A stretch of DNA of 64,000 nucleotides from an uncultured Lentisphaerales bacterium (GTDB taxonomy: Bacteria; Verrucomicrobiota; Lentisphaeria; JABSQK01; UBA12247): contig CALSSJ010000013.1 of NCBI GenBank assembly GCA_943788985.1, positions 40,784 to 104,783 on the forward strand, given 5' to 3'. The position numbers were made by a program, and so were the translations under genes. Position 1 is the stretch's first letter. Every line of letters starts with the position of its first letter. Under the pieces are notes generated by a model that saw only the letters and a program-made list of their open reading frames with translations, was not told where the DNA came from and made no database searches. Below are positions 8,114 through 17,358 of this stretch, one piece after another.

Positions 8114-10346
8114 TTTTGGCGGAAAGTGATACAGATTCGCGGCAGCCGTGGGTGCCAGCTCAGCGGTACCTGATCGGCAGAGTCATCGCTAAAGACGATA
8201 TCTGGGGCCTGTATGAGGCCGAGGAGACTCCCTCCGGGCGCACCGTGGTGGTCAAAGTCTGCCACTCTAAAAACGAAGCCCACATTGAACGCTTTCGCAC
8301 GAAGCAGAATACGATCGCGCTGCTTGATCATCCCGGTGTCGCCCCGATCCATTCAACAGGCATTTCACCAGAGGGCGAGCCCTTCTATGCCACGAAGTTT
8401 CTCGACGGCATGAGCATGCGGCGGGTTCTTGCCGATTTGCGCAATGGCCAGCAAAGTGCCATCAATGGCTACCCGCTCGTCCATCTCATCGAGGCTTTCC
8501 TCAAGGCCTGCGCTACAATTCAGCATGCCCACACCCATGAGATTGTGCATGGCGCGCTGGACAGCCATCGCCTGCTACTGGGGCCGTGCGGTGAACTGAC
8601 AGTCACTGGCTGGGGACGAGCCGAACCTGACGCGGCCAAGACCGACGATATCCAGGCCCTTGGCAAGATTCTTTACGGGATCGTGACCCTCCAAGAGTAT
8701 GTCGATGATTTCACCGCGCGCGGGATGATTCAGAATGTCGTCAGCGGCAGAATTCTCGGGCCAGCCTGCCACAACCAGCAGCTTCCGATAGCCGTGACCG
8801 TCGTCATCAGCGCCTCACTGGGACTGGACCAGACGTACCGCTACTCTGACGTCGCGAGGTTGATCGAGGACATCGGAGGCTTCGTCGAGGGCAACGCCGA
8901 TAGCGCCTTTACTCAATCCGTATCCCATCCAGCGGAAGTAGATGCCCCCGAGACCTCCTATTGGCAGCTGGTCTGCGCCTGCGTCATCCTCATTCTTCTG
9001 GCTGCCATTGCCCAGCAGACCTATGTCCGGCACCAGGCCACGGCAAAGCTACATGAGTTTCAATCAGCCGTAGAGCAGGTTGCAGCGGAGCGTACTGAGA
9101 ACGCGCCGAAGTTCCTCCAGAAGGCCGAGGAAGCGATCGTTCTGGGAGAGCTGGACCAGGCCTTGGTACAGCTTCGTGCGGCGCTCGATTACTCACCGAG
9201 TATGTCAGAGGCGCATCTACTCCTGGCCCAGATTGAAGCCGCTCGTCAGAACTTCCCCGGTGCCACGTCCGCCATTGAAAGCTGCCTACAAGTCGAGCCC
9301 GGTAACGCCGCGGCAGCGGCGCTCCGAGACAGCGTGCAGGCTCTCATTGCGACCGACACCGGCCAGCCATCTGCCGATCACCTTGAGCGCCTTGCAGCGC
9401 TGCTGGAAGCCCAAGACCAGGAACTTCTAGCCCGACACTTCACGAAAGATATTTACGAGAAGCGCGAACGGGCCTTCGCCACCTTTCGCGCGGCCCATTC
9501 TGAGTACGCCGCACGGCTCACCGTCACCCAGCCTTCGGATCGCGCGACGCTGGATTTGTCCGGCACGCCCATTGAAGATCTCGCCATACTCCGGGACCTG
9601 CCGCTTTGGCAGCTGATTCTCGACCATTCCAATGTCACCGATCTCACCCCCCTGCAGACCTTAAATCTCCACACCCTGTCACTGCGTGGCTCCAAAGTCA
9701 CCGATCTGTCGCCTCTCGCTGGCATACCGCTGCGTAAGCTCACCGCAGCCGAGACCAAAGTCTCCAATATTCAGGCGTTGCGGAGTTCGCAAATCACGGA
9801 CCTCAACCTGGCGGACACGCGGGGTGCGAGACCTATCCCCCGCTGGAAGGACTCGAGCTGCAGATGCTTGTCTTGACCGGCGCGCCCGTCTCAGACCTGC
9901 GCCCCCTCGCAAACATCAAGCTACAGTTTCTGAATCTGGGTGACACCAGCGTCGTCGACCTGCGGCCGCTTGCTGGGATGCCCTTGGAGTTTCTGCGGAC
10001 CTCATCCTTCGTCAAAGACCTCTCGCCGCTGCGAGCGCTTCCGCTCAAGCAATTGAACATCAGCGGTGCGAAGATCGCAGATCTGAGCCCACTCCGAGAC
10101 ATGAGGCTGAACGCGCTAGTCGCAAACTACACCAATGTTGCGGACCTGAACCCGCTGCGCAATCACCCACTCCACTTGCTCCGCATCGAAGGCTCGAAAG
10201 TAACCGACCTGACGCCTATTTTGAATCTTCCGCTGCAGACTCTGGTGTTTGAACCGGAACGGATCAAAGTGGGGCTTCAGGAAATCCGCGCTAAGAAGTC
10301 GCTGCGCCGTCTGGGCTGGAGTCAGCCTCTTGTTTTCGGCAGCTGA
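8110..10346 (+). CDS. Ser/Thr kinase-like (pseudokinase) - TM - TPR - LRR protein, split by a frameshift near 9820
   Basis: LDHPGVAPIH, PFYATKFLDG, HAHTHEIVH kinase subdomains; TM around aa 285-303; TPRs; DLSPLAGIPL-type LRRs continue in ORF 9864-10346. Confidence 0.8.
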
Positions 10347-10397
10347 GTTTTGGGAAGCGTTTGATCAAGGCCGTCGTATTGAGGAGGCACACCGCTA

Positions 10398-11294
10398 GTG
10401 ACGAAAGAGTCCCTATTGGACCCGAAGGTATTGAGCCGTGTCAGCAATTATCCGTTGTTGGCCCGCACCACCGTGGAGGGCTTTATATCTGGCCTCCACC
10501 GCAGCCTTTATCATGGCTTTGGCAGTGAGTTTGTGCAGTATCGCCACTACATGCGTGGCGATGATCTCAAGTACTTAGATTGGAAAGTCCTGGCTCGTCA
10601 GGATAAGCTGCAGATCAAGGTCTTCCAAGAAGAGACCAACACCAACTGCTACGTGGTGCTGGACTGCAGCGCCTCCATGGCCTATGCCGGAGAGTCTGGG
10701 ATCAGCAAGCTCCACTATGGCTCAACGGTTGCGGCCGCCCTTGCCTACTTGGTGACTCGGCAGGGGGACAACATCGGCATGAGCGCCTATAGCGAGCAAC
10801 TTCTGACTAGCATTCCGCCAGGGCACCGAAGCGGACAGTTCAACACCATCTGCGAAGAACTGGCCCGGCTCAAAGCGGCAGGAGCCTGTCAACACGCTGG
10901 CACCTTCGACCGTCTCGGCGAGAGCTTCTCCAGGCGTGGCCTTATCGTCCTCATCGGGGACTTCCTCGACCCCGATCCAGCCCTGCGCCAAGGAATCAGC
11001 CGGCTTCGCTTCAGTAATCATGACTGCGTGCTGATCCAGATTTTACACGAGGACGAAGTAAACTTCTCATTCGACAAGACCATCCATTTTGTCGACAGCG
11101 AGACTCAGGAGGAGCTTATCACTGCTCCGGAAGTGGTGCGCAAGCAATATCAGGAGGGCCTCCAGGCCGACCTTGACGACCTGCGCCGGTTCTGCCTCGC
11201 AAACGAGATCGACCACGTGCGCCTGCACACTGGCGAGCCTCTCGATGCCGCCTTGGCGACCTACCTCCATCGCCGAGAGCAGCACCGCAAATAG
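10398..11294 (+). CDS. DUF58 family protein (MoxR-associated, vWA-like)
   Basis: GLHRS..HGFGSEFVQYRHY..GDDLKYLDWK, EETN, LDCSASM. Confidence 0.93.
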   Translation: MTKESLLDPKVLSRVSNYPLLARTTVEGFISGLHRSLYHGFGSEFVQYRHYMRGDDLKYLDWKVLARQDKLQIKVFQEETNTNCYVVLDCSASMAYAGESGISKLHYGSTVAAALAYLVTRQGDNIGMSAYSEQLLTSIPPGHRSGQFNTICEELARLKAAGACQHAGTFDRLGESFSRRGLIVLIGDFLDPDPALRQGISRLRFSNHDCVLIQILHEDEVNFSFDKTIHFVDSETQEELITAPEVVRKQYQEGLQADLDDLRRFCLANEIDHVRLHTGEPLDAALATYLHRREQHRK

Positions 11295-11405
11295 TCCCCT
11301 GCCCTGCGACTCTGGACTGGCGATGCAGCCCGCCGGGGTTCACAGTCGCCGGATCAAGCTCGCCTTCAAAAAATAGCTCATCCGCAGGCCCCGTAGCACC
11401 GCAGT

Positions 11406-11740
11406 TCATAGAGCTTTGCGATCTCCGCACCGTAAACGAAATCCGTCCTCGGCCTTGGTCAGGACCATATAGGATTTCCAAGTCTGGATCGCAAACATTT
11501 GCGGACCGTGCGCCTGTAGCACGTAACAACCGTCAAGATTTGCAGCTGCGCTGAGGTCGTGATCGAGTTGCTCCCAAAGAAGCTGACCATCGCAATGCTC
11601 AATGCTGTAGTAACGCGCGCCCCGGCTGTGCCGCTCACGGAGGCGGCCAATGGCTTGCTCGATCTTCTCAGGATCCTTTAGTTTTCCCTCGCTGATTCGC
11701 TTGGCCAGCTTCTCCAGGCCGTCCTTCCTGCGTACGCCTA
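11406..11740 (-). mobile_element. IS1634-family transposase fragment
   Basis: LKDPEKIEQAIGRLRERHSR, LDGCYVL, WKSYMVLTKAEDGFR; homologous to 58820-59100. Confidence 0.75.
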
Positions 11741-11741
11741 C

Positions 11742-12147
11742 ATGCGAGAGGAGTGGCAGTGCACCTACTTCAAGCTCGACGCCAATAGGTGGAGTGCCCT
11801 GCCCTTCGGTTGGATGATGGATCTCAATGCCACGCAGGTCGATGCCTATCGCGCTGGCAGGCATGCAGTCATCGACGGCGCAGGCCCGGACACCTTTATC
11901 CTCGACTGCAATGCGCCAATGTGGCCCTCCGTCTGGCATCGCGGCACAGTTCGAGGATCACACATTTTGCCTGGGGCGCATCGTTCGCCCTGATGGCGAG
12001 ATCCTCTGCCTGTTCAACCGGGACGACACGCCGCGCCAGGCCGAACTTCCCGCTGGCACCTGGACCGACTTTTGGACCGATGCGCCAGTCACAGGCCCAC
12101 TGGACCTGCCCGCTCACAGCGCCCGCGTGCTCCGCAGTCCTACCTAA
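11742..12147 (+). pseudogene. GH36-like (alpha-galactosidase) C-terminal remnant with internal deletion
   Basis: YFKLDAN, VDAYRAG, TFILDCNAPMWPS joined out of frame to LCLFN..WTDFWT...LPAHSARVL; 5' end abuts the IS fragment. Confidence 0.6.
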
Positions 12148-12225
12148 GACTGGCAGAAATGCCCCGGTGATGTTGCTCCGTCACTAAGTCATCAAGTTCC
12201 CCCTGAAACGAGCAGTAGTCATGGG

Positions 12226-12444
12226 CTAATAATGCGGAGGACGCTCGTCTTCCGGCCGACGGGGTCCAGACGAGGCCTCTTGGACATCCGAGATGGAGTC
12301 AGTTAACTGCTCAACCATCTTCTCCAAGCGATCAATTTGGCCCTGCTGTCGGGTCACGACCTCATTGAGATCATCCAGCATCTGCTCTTGGTAGCCAAGT
12401 TTCACCTCAAGGTCCACGACACGTGCATCATCCATTCCAACCAC
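12226..12444 (-). CDS. slyX: SlyX family protein
   Basis: RVVDLEVKLGYQEQMLDDLNEVV..QQ; C-terminal DERPPHY. Confidence 0.93.
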   Translation of the reverse strand: MVGMDDARVVDLEVKLGYQEQMLDDLNEVVTRQQGQIDRLEKMVEQLTDSISDVQEASSGPRRPEDERPPHY

Positions 12445-12741
12445 CCTTCATCGATTCAATTCCTGCGCGGTCAATCAGCGTCATCCAGTCTTCGCCGAAC
12501 GCATGGTGCTCCTGCTTGGCAAGCAAGCTAAGGGCCCGCGCGGGAATACCTTCACATCTTGCTTCTGAGCATTTTGGCTTCTTTGCCCCGTTTGATTCAG
12601 TGCCCAGACCAGACAACGGGGGCTTGCAGATCTGGGGGGGGGGGGTATACTCATTCCTGAATAATTGCATAAGCCCGGCTGTGTCGCTGGGCGGATATCA
12701 GAATGCGATTACCCCACTTTTTTATCTTAGGGAATGTCCAC

Positions 12742-14550
12742 ATGAAGACTCCAACACAAGTGGCGTTGTTGTGCCTTGCCGCGAGCCTGTACGTGACAAC
12801 TGTCGCAAACGCGGGCACGGCCAATTACCGAAACACGGTGTTGGGGGATAGCCCCCTCGTCTATTACGAGTTTGATGAGACCAGCGGCACCACTGCGACC
12901 AATAGCGGGACCCTGGGCGCTACGCATCACGGCACCATCGTCAGCACTGTGGCGCTCAACCAGGCGAGCTTTGCCAAGGGCGGCACTGCCTATGACTTCG
13001 GTGGTGGCTGGGTCGCGGCGGCGGCAGCGGCCTCTTCGTTAACCGAATGGACGGTGGAAGCGTGGATCAACTGGGACTCGACGAAGACCACCAGGTCCCA
13101 CATTTTCGGCAACGACCAAAGCGGCTGGAACGATGATGTTCTGCTTGGAATCGGTGTTGAAGTCGGGGGGCAAGGTGTCCCAGCCAGTAATGTCGGCTGC
13201 ATTCAACAGGGCAGCCCGGGCAGCACTCGCGACTTTGTGACAGAGCCCCTGGCTCACAGTGAGTGGCACCATGTTGTCGCTACCGGCAGTACCACTGCTG
13301 GCGAACTCAAGCTGTACGTCGATGGCGTGCTCGTGGATACGGACAGTTCGCTCGCCAACGGGGTGACATTGAACGGAACGGGTGGCATCGGCTCGCCCTC
13401 TGTTTTTGTGGGGAAAGATGGTTACGCCAATCGCACATTCGACGGACTGATTGACGAATTTGCGCTCTACGACACGGTGCTCGACGCCACGAGGGTGGAG
13501 GCGCACTATGTGGCGGGCCAAACGGAGGTGTTGCTGGTCGATATCGACATCAACGGCACCACGTCGGGCACCGTCCTGAACCAATCGGGCACCGACACGA
13601 TCGTCATCGATGCGAGCAACAGTGGCGACAAGCGGATGACCGTCAATGGATCGCACCTGACGCAGACGCGTGGCGTGGCCATCGCCGTGCCGACGGCGTT
13701 GGGGATCTCCCTACCACGGCAGGTGATCAATGTCACCGGCGAACTGACCAATCCGGGGACATCCGGTTTCCCCGGTATCTGGTTCGCGACAAACGACATC
13801 TCCGGCGGCGGCGCTGAAGCGAACTACGATTTCGCTGTGGCGCATTTTCCATTTTCTGGCGGCTGGATCGCTGGCACGGTGGATCAGGACGGCACCGTCC
13901 TGGCGGGCAACACGACGGACGTCACAATCACCAAGCGATCCGGGGCCGGCGTCACCAGCGGCAACTACTCGCTCGACATCGCCGGCGTGAATCCTTCGAC
14001 CGACGGCTACCTGTTCACCATTGGGGCGCAGAATGAAACCAGCGGCAACTACGCGCCGACTCGCATTCAGCCGGACAATTCCGGGTGGGACATCACCATC
14101 AGCGATCAGGGCGGCGACGCCAATGACGGAACCAACGGCGAGAACGACGACTGGAGTTTCGTCTACATTCCTGAGAACGCTCGTAACCTGATCGCCGGGC
14201 GCATTGACGACGATGCGACCGTGTTGGACAGCGTCGGCAGCTTCAGCGTCGCGTCGCAGCCCACCACCGGCGAGTATCTCTTGACGATCCCGGACGGGGT
14301 GGGCGGGTTCCTGGGCAAAGACGACGGCGTCCTGCTGCTCAACGTGACCAAGGACGGGGCGCCTGCCTTCGATGGCGCCGATGACAACTTCCTGCTTCAG
14401 GCGTACAGCAGTGCGGACGAGGGCTTCATCGTCTCGTCGCACGATCTTGCGGCAGCCAGCGACCAGACCACCGAGTGGTCGTTCGCTTTCCTGCAGTTCG
14501 ACTCGCCGGCGCGCATTCCCGTGCCGGGCGCTGTCATCCTATTGTACTAA
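12742..14550 (+). CDS. Secreted LamG/ConA-like domain protein with short C-terminal PGAVILLY tail
   Basis: Signal peptide; YYEFDETSG, WTVEAWI, WHHVVAT, LYVDG, FDGLIDEFALY; acidic beta-rich C-terminal half. Confidence 0.85.
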   Translation: MKTPTQVALLCLAASLYVTTVANAGTANYRNTVLGDSPLVYYEFDETSGTTATNSGTLGATHHGTIVSTVALNQASFAKGGTAYDFGGGWVAAAAAASSLTEWTVEAWINWDSTKTTRSHIFGNDQSGWNDDVLLGIGVEVGGQGVPASNVGCIQQGSPGSTRDFVTEPLAHSEWHHVVATGSTTAGELKLYVDGVLVDTDSSLANGVTLNGTGGIGSPSVFVGKDGYANRTFDGLIDEFALYDTVLDATRVEAHYVAGQTEVLLVDIDINGTTSGTVLNQSGTDTIVIDASNSGDKRMTVNGSHLTQTRGVAIAVPTALGISLPRQVINVTGELTNPGTSGFPGIWFATNDISGGGAEANYDFAVAHFPFSGGWIAGTVDQDGTVLAGNTTDVTITKRSGAGVTSGNYSLDIAGVNPSTDGYLFTIGAQNETSGNYAPTRIQPDNSGWDITISDQGGDANDGTNGENDDWSFVYIPENARNLIAGRIDDDATVLDSVGSFSVASQPTTGEYLLTIPDGVGGFLGKDDGVLLLNVTKDGAPAFDGADDNFLLQAYSSADEGFIVSSHDLAAASDQTTEWSFAFLQFDSPARIPVPGAVILLY

Positions 14551-14568
14551 TGCCCAGCGGTCGGAGGC

Positions 14569-15658
14569 ATGGCGCATATCGACGGTAGGACATTGCGAAA
14601 GCGATTTACTCTGATCGAATTATTGGTCGTGATCGTCATCATCGCCATACTGGTGTCCCTGCTGCTCCCGGCGCTGTCGCGCGCCAGGTACACAGCTCGG
14701 CTGGCCGCCTGCACTAGTGAGCTCCATCAATGGGGTATTGGCCTCACTGCGTGGGCAGGGGAGCACGACAGTTATCTGCCCGAACGCTCTGTTTACTCGA
14801 ACGGCAATCGGCAGCCACATTTGCTGAAGTCGGGTGGAGCCGATGATCGACAGCTTTTCGACGACGTGCTCGGGCTCCCGCGTACAAACTGTACGTTTGT
14901 TGGCGAGCCCCCTTATGACATCGCTACAGTGGGAGGCCCGTATGTGCTTTCAAGCTATGAATTTTGAGCGGGCGCGGAAATCGACCATAGGCAACCCGCC
15001 TCGAGCATGTTGCGCATTGGCGACACCATGAATTGGACTTCATGCAGCACGAACTATGAGTTTGACATCTTAGGGCCCACGCGGAAATAACGTTACATTT
15101 TGGCGGGAGCGCCGGATGGTCATATGCAAGGCGCGTGGAGCGATGCGTACCCGTAGGTACGTATGCGACACGCAACGCCGCAGATGGCTGTCCGCCGCCC
15201 CGCCCCGCAGGGCAGGGCTGCGACTGTTTTGCCCCCTGGCGGCGTTGCCTCGCTCGAGATATACCTACAGGTATACCCGCTCGCTCGCGCCTTGCCAGGA
15301 ACCAAAACAGCCAGCAGCAAAATGTAACGTAATATCCGCGCGGGCCCTTAGTGGCAGACATGGACCGCACACGTCTGGCGTCCAGTAACTCGGTGATGTC
15401 TTCGCATCCACAGACAGTGCTGGGTTGCTCCCTTTGCAGTTGATAGCCCCCGGATACAAGATCTATACCTACTTCTCATCGGGCGGAGTGCGCGGAACGG
15501 TGGATCGGAACTTCCTTCACTCTGACGGCTCAGTCAGTCGTATGACAAAGGTTCTCGCTCCTACGCCTACCAACTGGGATTCACGGCTCGTACGCGTTCC
15601 CTATCAATCGAACAGGCCTGCCGATTCGCCTTCCGGCTATCTGCCGACGGCTGACTGA
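14569..15658 (+). pseudogene. Prepilin-type N-terminal cleavage/methylation (pseudopilin) gene, disrupted
   Basis: [27 protein letters not shown]...C; in-frame TGA at 14965, MITE insertion at 15073, frameshift near 15410; C-terminal NFLHSDGSV. Confidence 0.85.
15073..15347. mobile_element. 275-bp MITE with 30-bp TIRs and TTA target duplication
   Basis: Left GGGCCCACGCGGAAATAACGTTACATTTTG; right end (reverse complement) GGGCCCGCGCGGATATTACGTTACATTTTG (27/30); TTA at 15070-72 and 15348-50; removal restores FDIL-VADMD. Confidence 0.9.
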
Positions 15659-16284
15659 CTGGCACCGCCCCGCCCCACTCCAACGGTGCCTTTCCTGTCC
15701 TACTGCTGCGGCGATAGTTTTTCTTGGATGGCAGTCGCCAATCTAGATCTCACATCTGGATACGGCCTACCAATCGCCCTGCTTGCACTCTCCCATTTCT
15801 CGCCTAGGTTGGACTGCTTCAGCAACCTCACCGAACGCCTGCCACTAATTCCGCTGGCTGTTCAGATGCCCACTTCTTAGATCGTATTAAACGATCCCCG
15901 CGCCAAACACTGCATAGAGAGGAATTGACAATGACAATATGCCCAATCGCCTTAGTAGCCGGCTGCAAGAAATGTCTGCTATTCAAGGTCTGCCCCTTGA
16001 AAAGTGTCATTGGTGATCACAAGAAACTGGACGAAACGCAAACAAAGCAGCACGCCGAGAACGACGAAAGTAGGGACCAGTAGCCGAAGACGAGGGCATA
16101 AAAAATATTGGAGAACTGAGTCCCTCCTTTTATTTTTCTCCCTTTCATTTTTCTGCCAAATTCTTTTGATTCCCTGAAATAGGACTGGCCCGCGCGGGCG
16201 CAACCTGGGACAGATGTCCCGCTGGCTTAGAGGCTTACAGGCAGAGCCCGACCGACTGGATCGGGGGTGAAACGCAAAATGATT

Positions 16285-16560
16285 GGTCGCCAGCGGTGGC
16301 ATGGTCCTTGCCAGCGATCGGATGATGGATCTCACTGCTGACCACGCAGCTCGCCTTGCCAAGCTGATCCCCCGTCTGGCATCGCAGCCCAGTTCGACGA
16401 CCACACATTTCGCCTAGGACGCATTCCTCATCCCGATGGCGCCATTCTCTGCCTGTTCAACTGGGACGACACCCCGCGCCAGGCAGAACTACCCGCTGGC
16501 AGTTGGACCGTCTTTTGGACCGGCGAGCCAGTCGCGGGACCACTGGCCCTTGCCGCTGCT
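16285..16560 (+). pseudogene. Second GH36-like C-terminal remnant
   Basis: SGGMVLASD followed by a diverged copy of 11929-12100. Confidence 0.6.
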
Positions 16561-16617
16561 TGCAGGCAAGTTAGGGCGTGGCACAGGAATAACTTCAGAT
16601 GCTGCTAACGCGCGGGA

Positions 16618-16914
16618 TTGTGGGAGGCCGGAAGCGATAAAAACTCTGCGGCAACACGCCTGAGGCGCTTGGGCAATCGACCACAGTTTATCAGCCAGGA
16701 GAAAAGTGTGGCGGCCACAAAGACGTATCTTGAGAACGCATGTCCGTCAGGAAATTTCACCTTCCAGGCACTGCCCTTCCCCAATCACACAGATGCCTGG
16801 GTGCTTCGGGATATTCCAGAAAGAAAAGTGATTCGGGATTGGTTCAAGCAAGTTCTTAAAGAAAAAAGCCAGCAGGGCGCTGAAGGCGACGCGGCAAAGC
16901 GCACCGGCTGGTAG
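16618..16914 (+). pseudogene. C-terminal fragment of a hydrolase-like hypothetical protein
   Basis: RLRRLGNRPQFISQE...FPNHTDAWVL; no convincing start; lower GC. Confidence 0.35.
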
Positions 16915-17358
16915 CTTGAACGGTCGCATGAAGGATTTGGGACAAGAATATTTTGAGGACAAGAAAATGGGACTGTGGTTCGGTGCAGCATGTTTGACGT
17001 TGCGCTCCGAATCCAGTTAGTTCGGGCCTATCCCCACGGGATGGTTTGGCCCTTATTTTTCTTGTCCTATCCAAGCTGCAGCTTCCGGAGTCCGTAGGCC
17101 CCGTCCACCACCACACCGTAGCCCCAATCAGGCGCTGCTGCCTGACGGCTATCTATCGCCGCATCAGTAGTCGCGAGTCACTGGTCCCAAAACAAAACTG
17201 GCTGGCTAGCAGATCGTATGAGAAGGCGCGTCATTTTTTAGCGCCAACTGGTTATCCGTTGCGACGCGCGCCTGGTAGGTTACGTCTTTCTTTCTCTGCC
17301 GCTTATCCGAAAGGGCCGTGGCTAAACTCGACCATCCCATCATCCCAGAAGGCGCATC

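Noticed and set aside
9540..10250. Periodic DNA repeats as a CRISPR or DGR
   Set aside because: They encode LRR units; there are no identical repeats with spacers and no cas or reverse transcriptase gene.
14965..14967. In-frame TGA as selenocysteine or a recoded Trp
   Set aside because: TGA is a normal stop in many genes here (mutL, PKS), and this gene has two other lesions; a TGG>TGA nonsense change is simpler.
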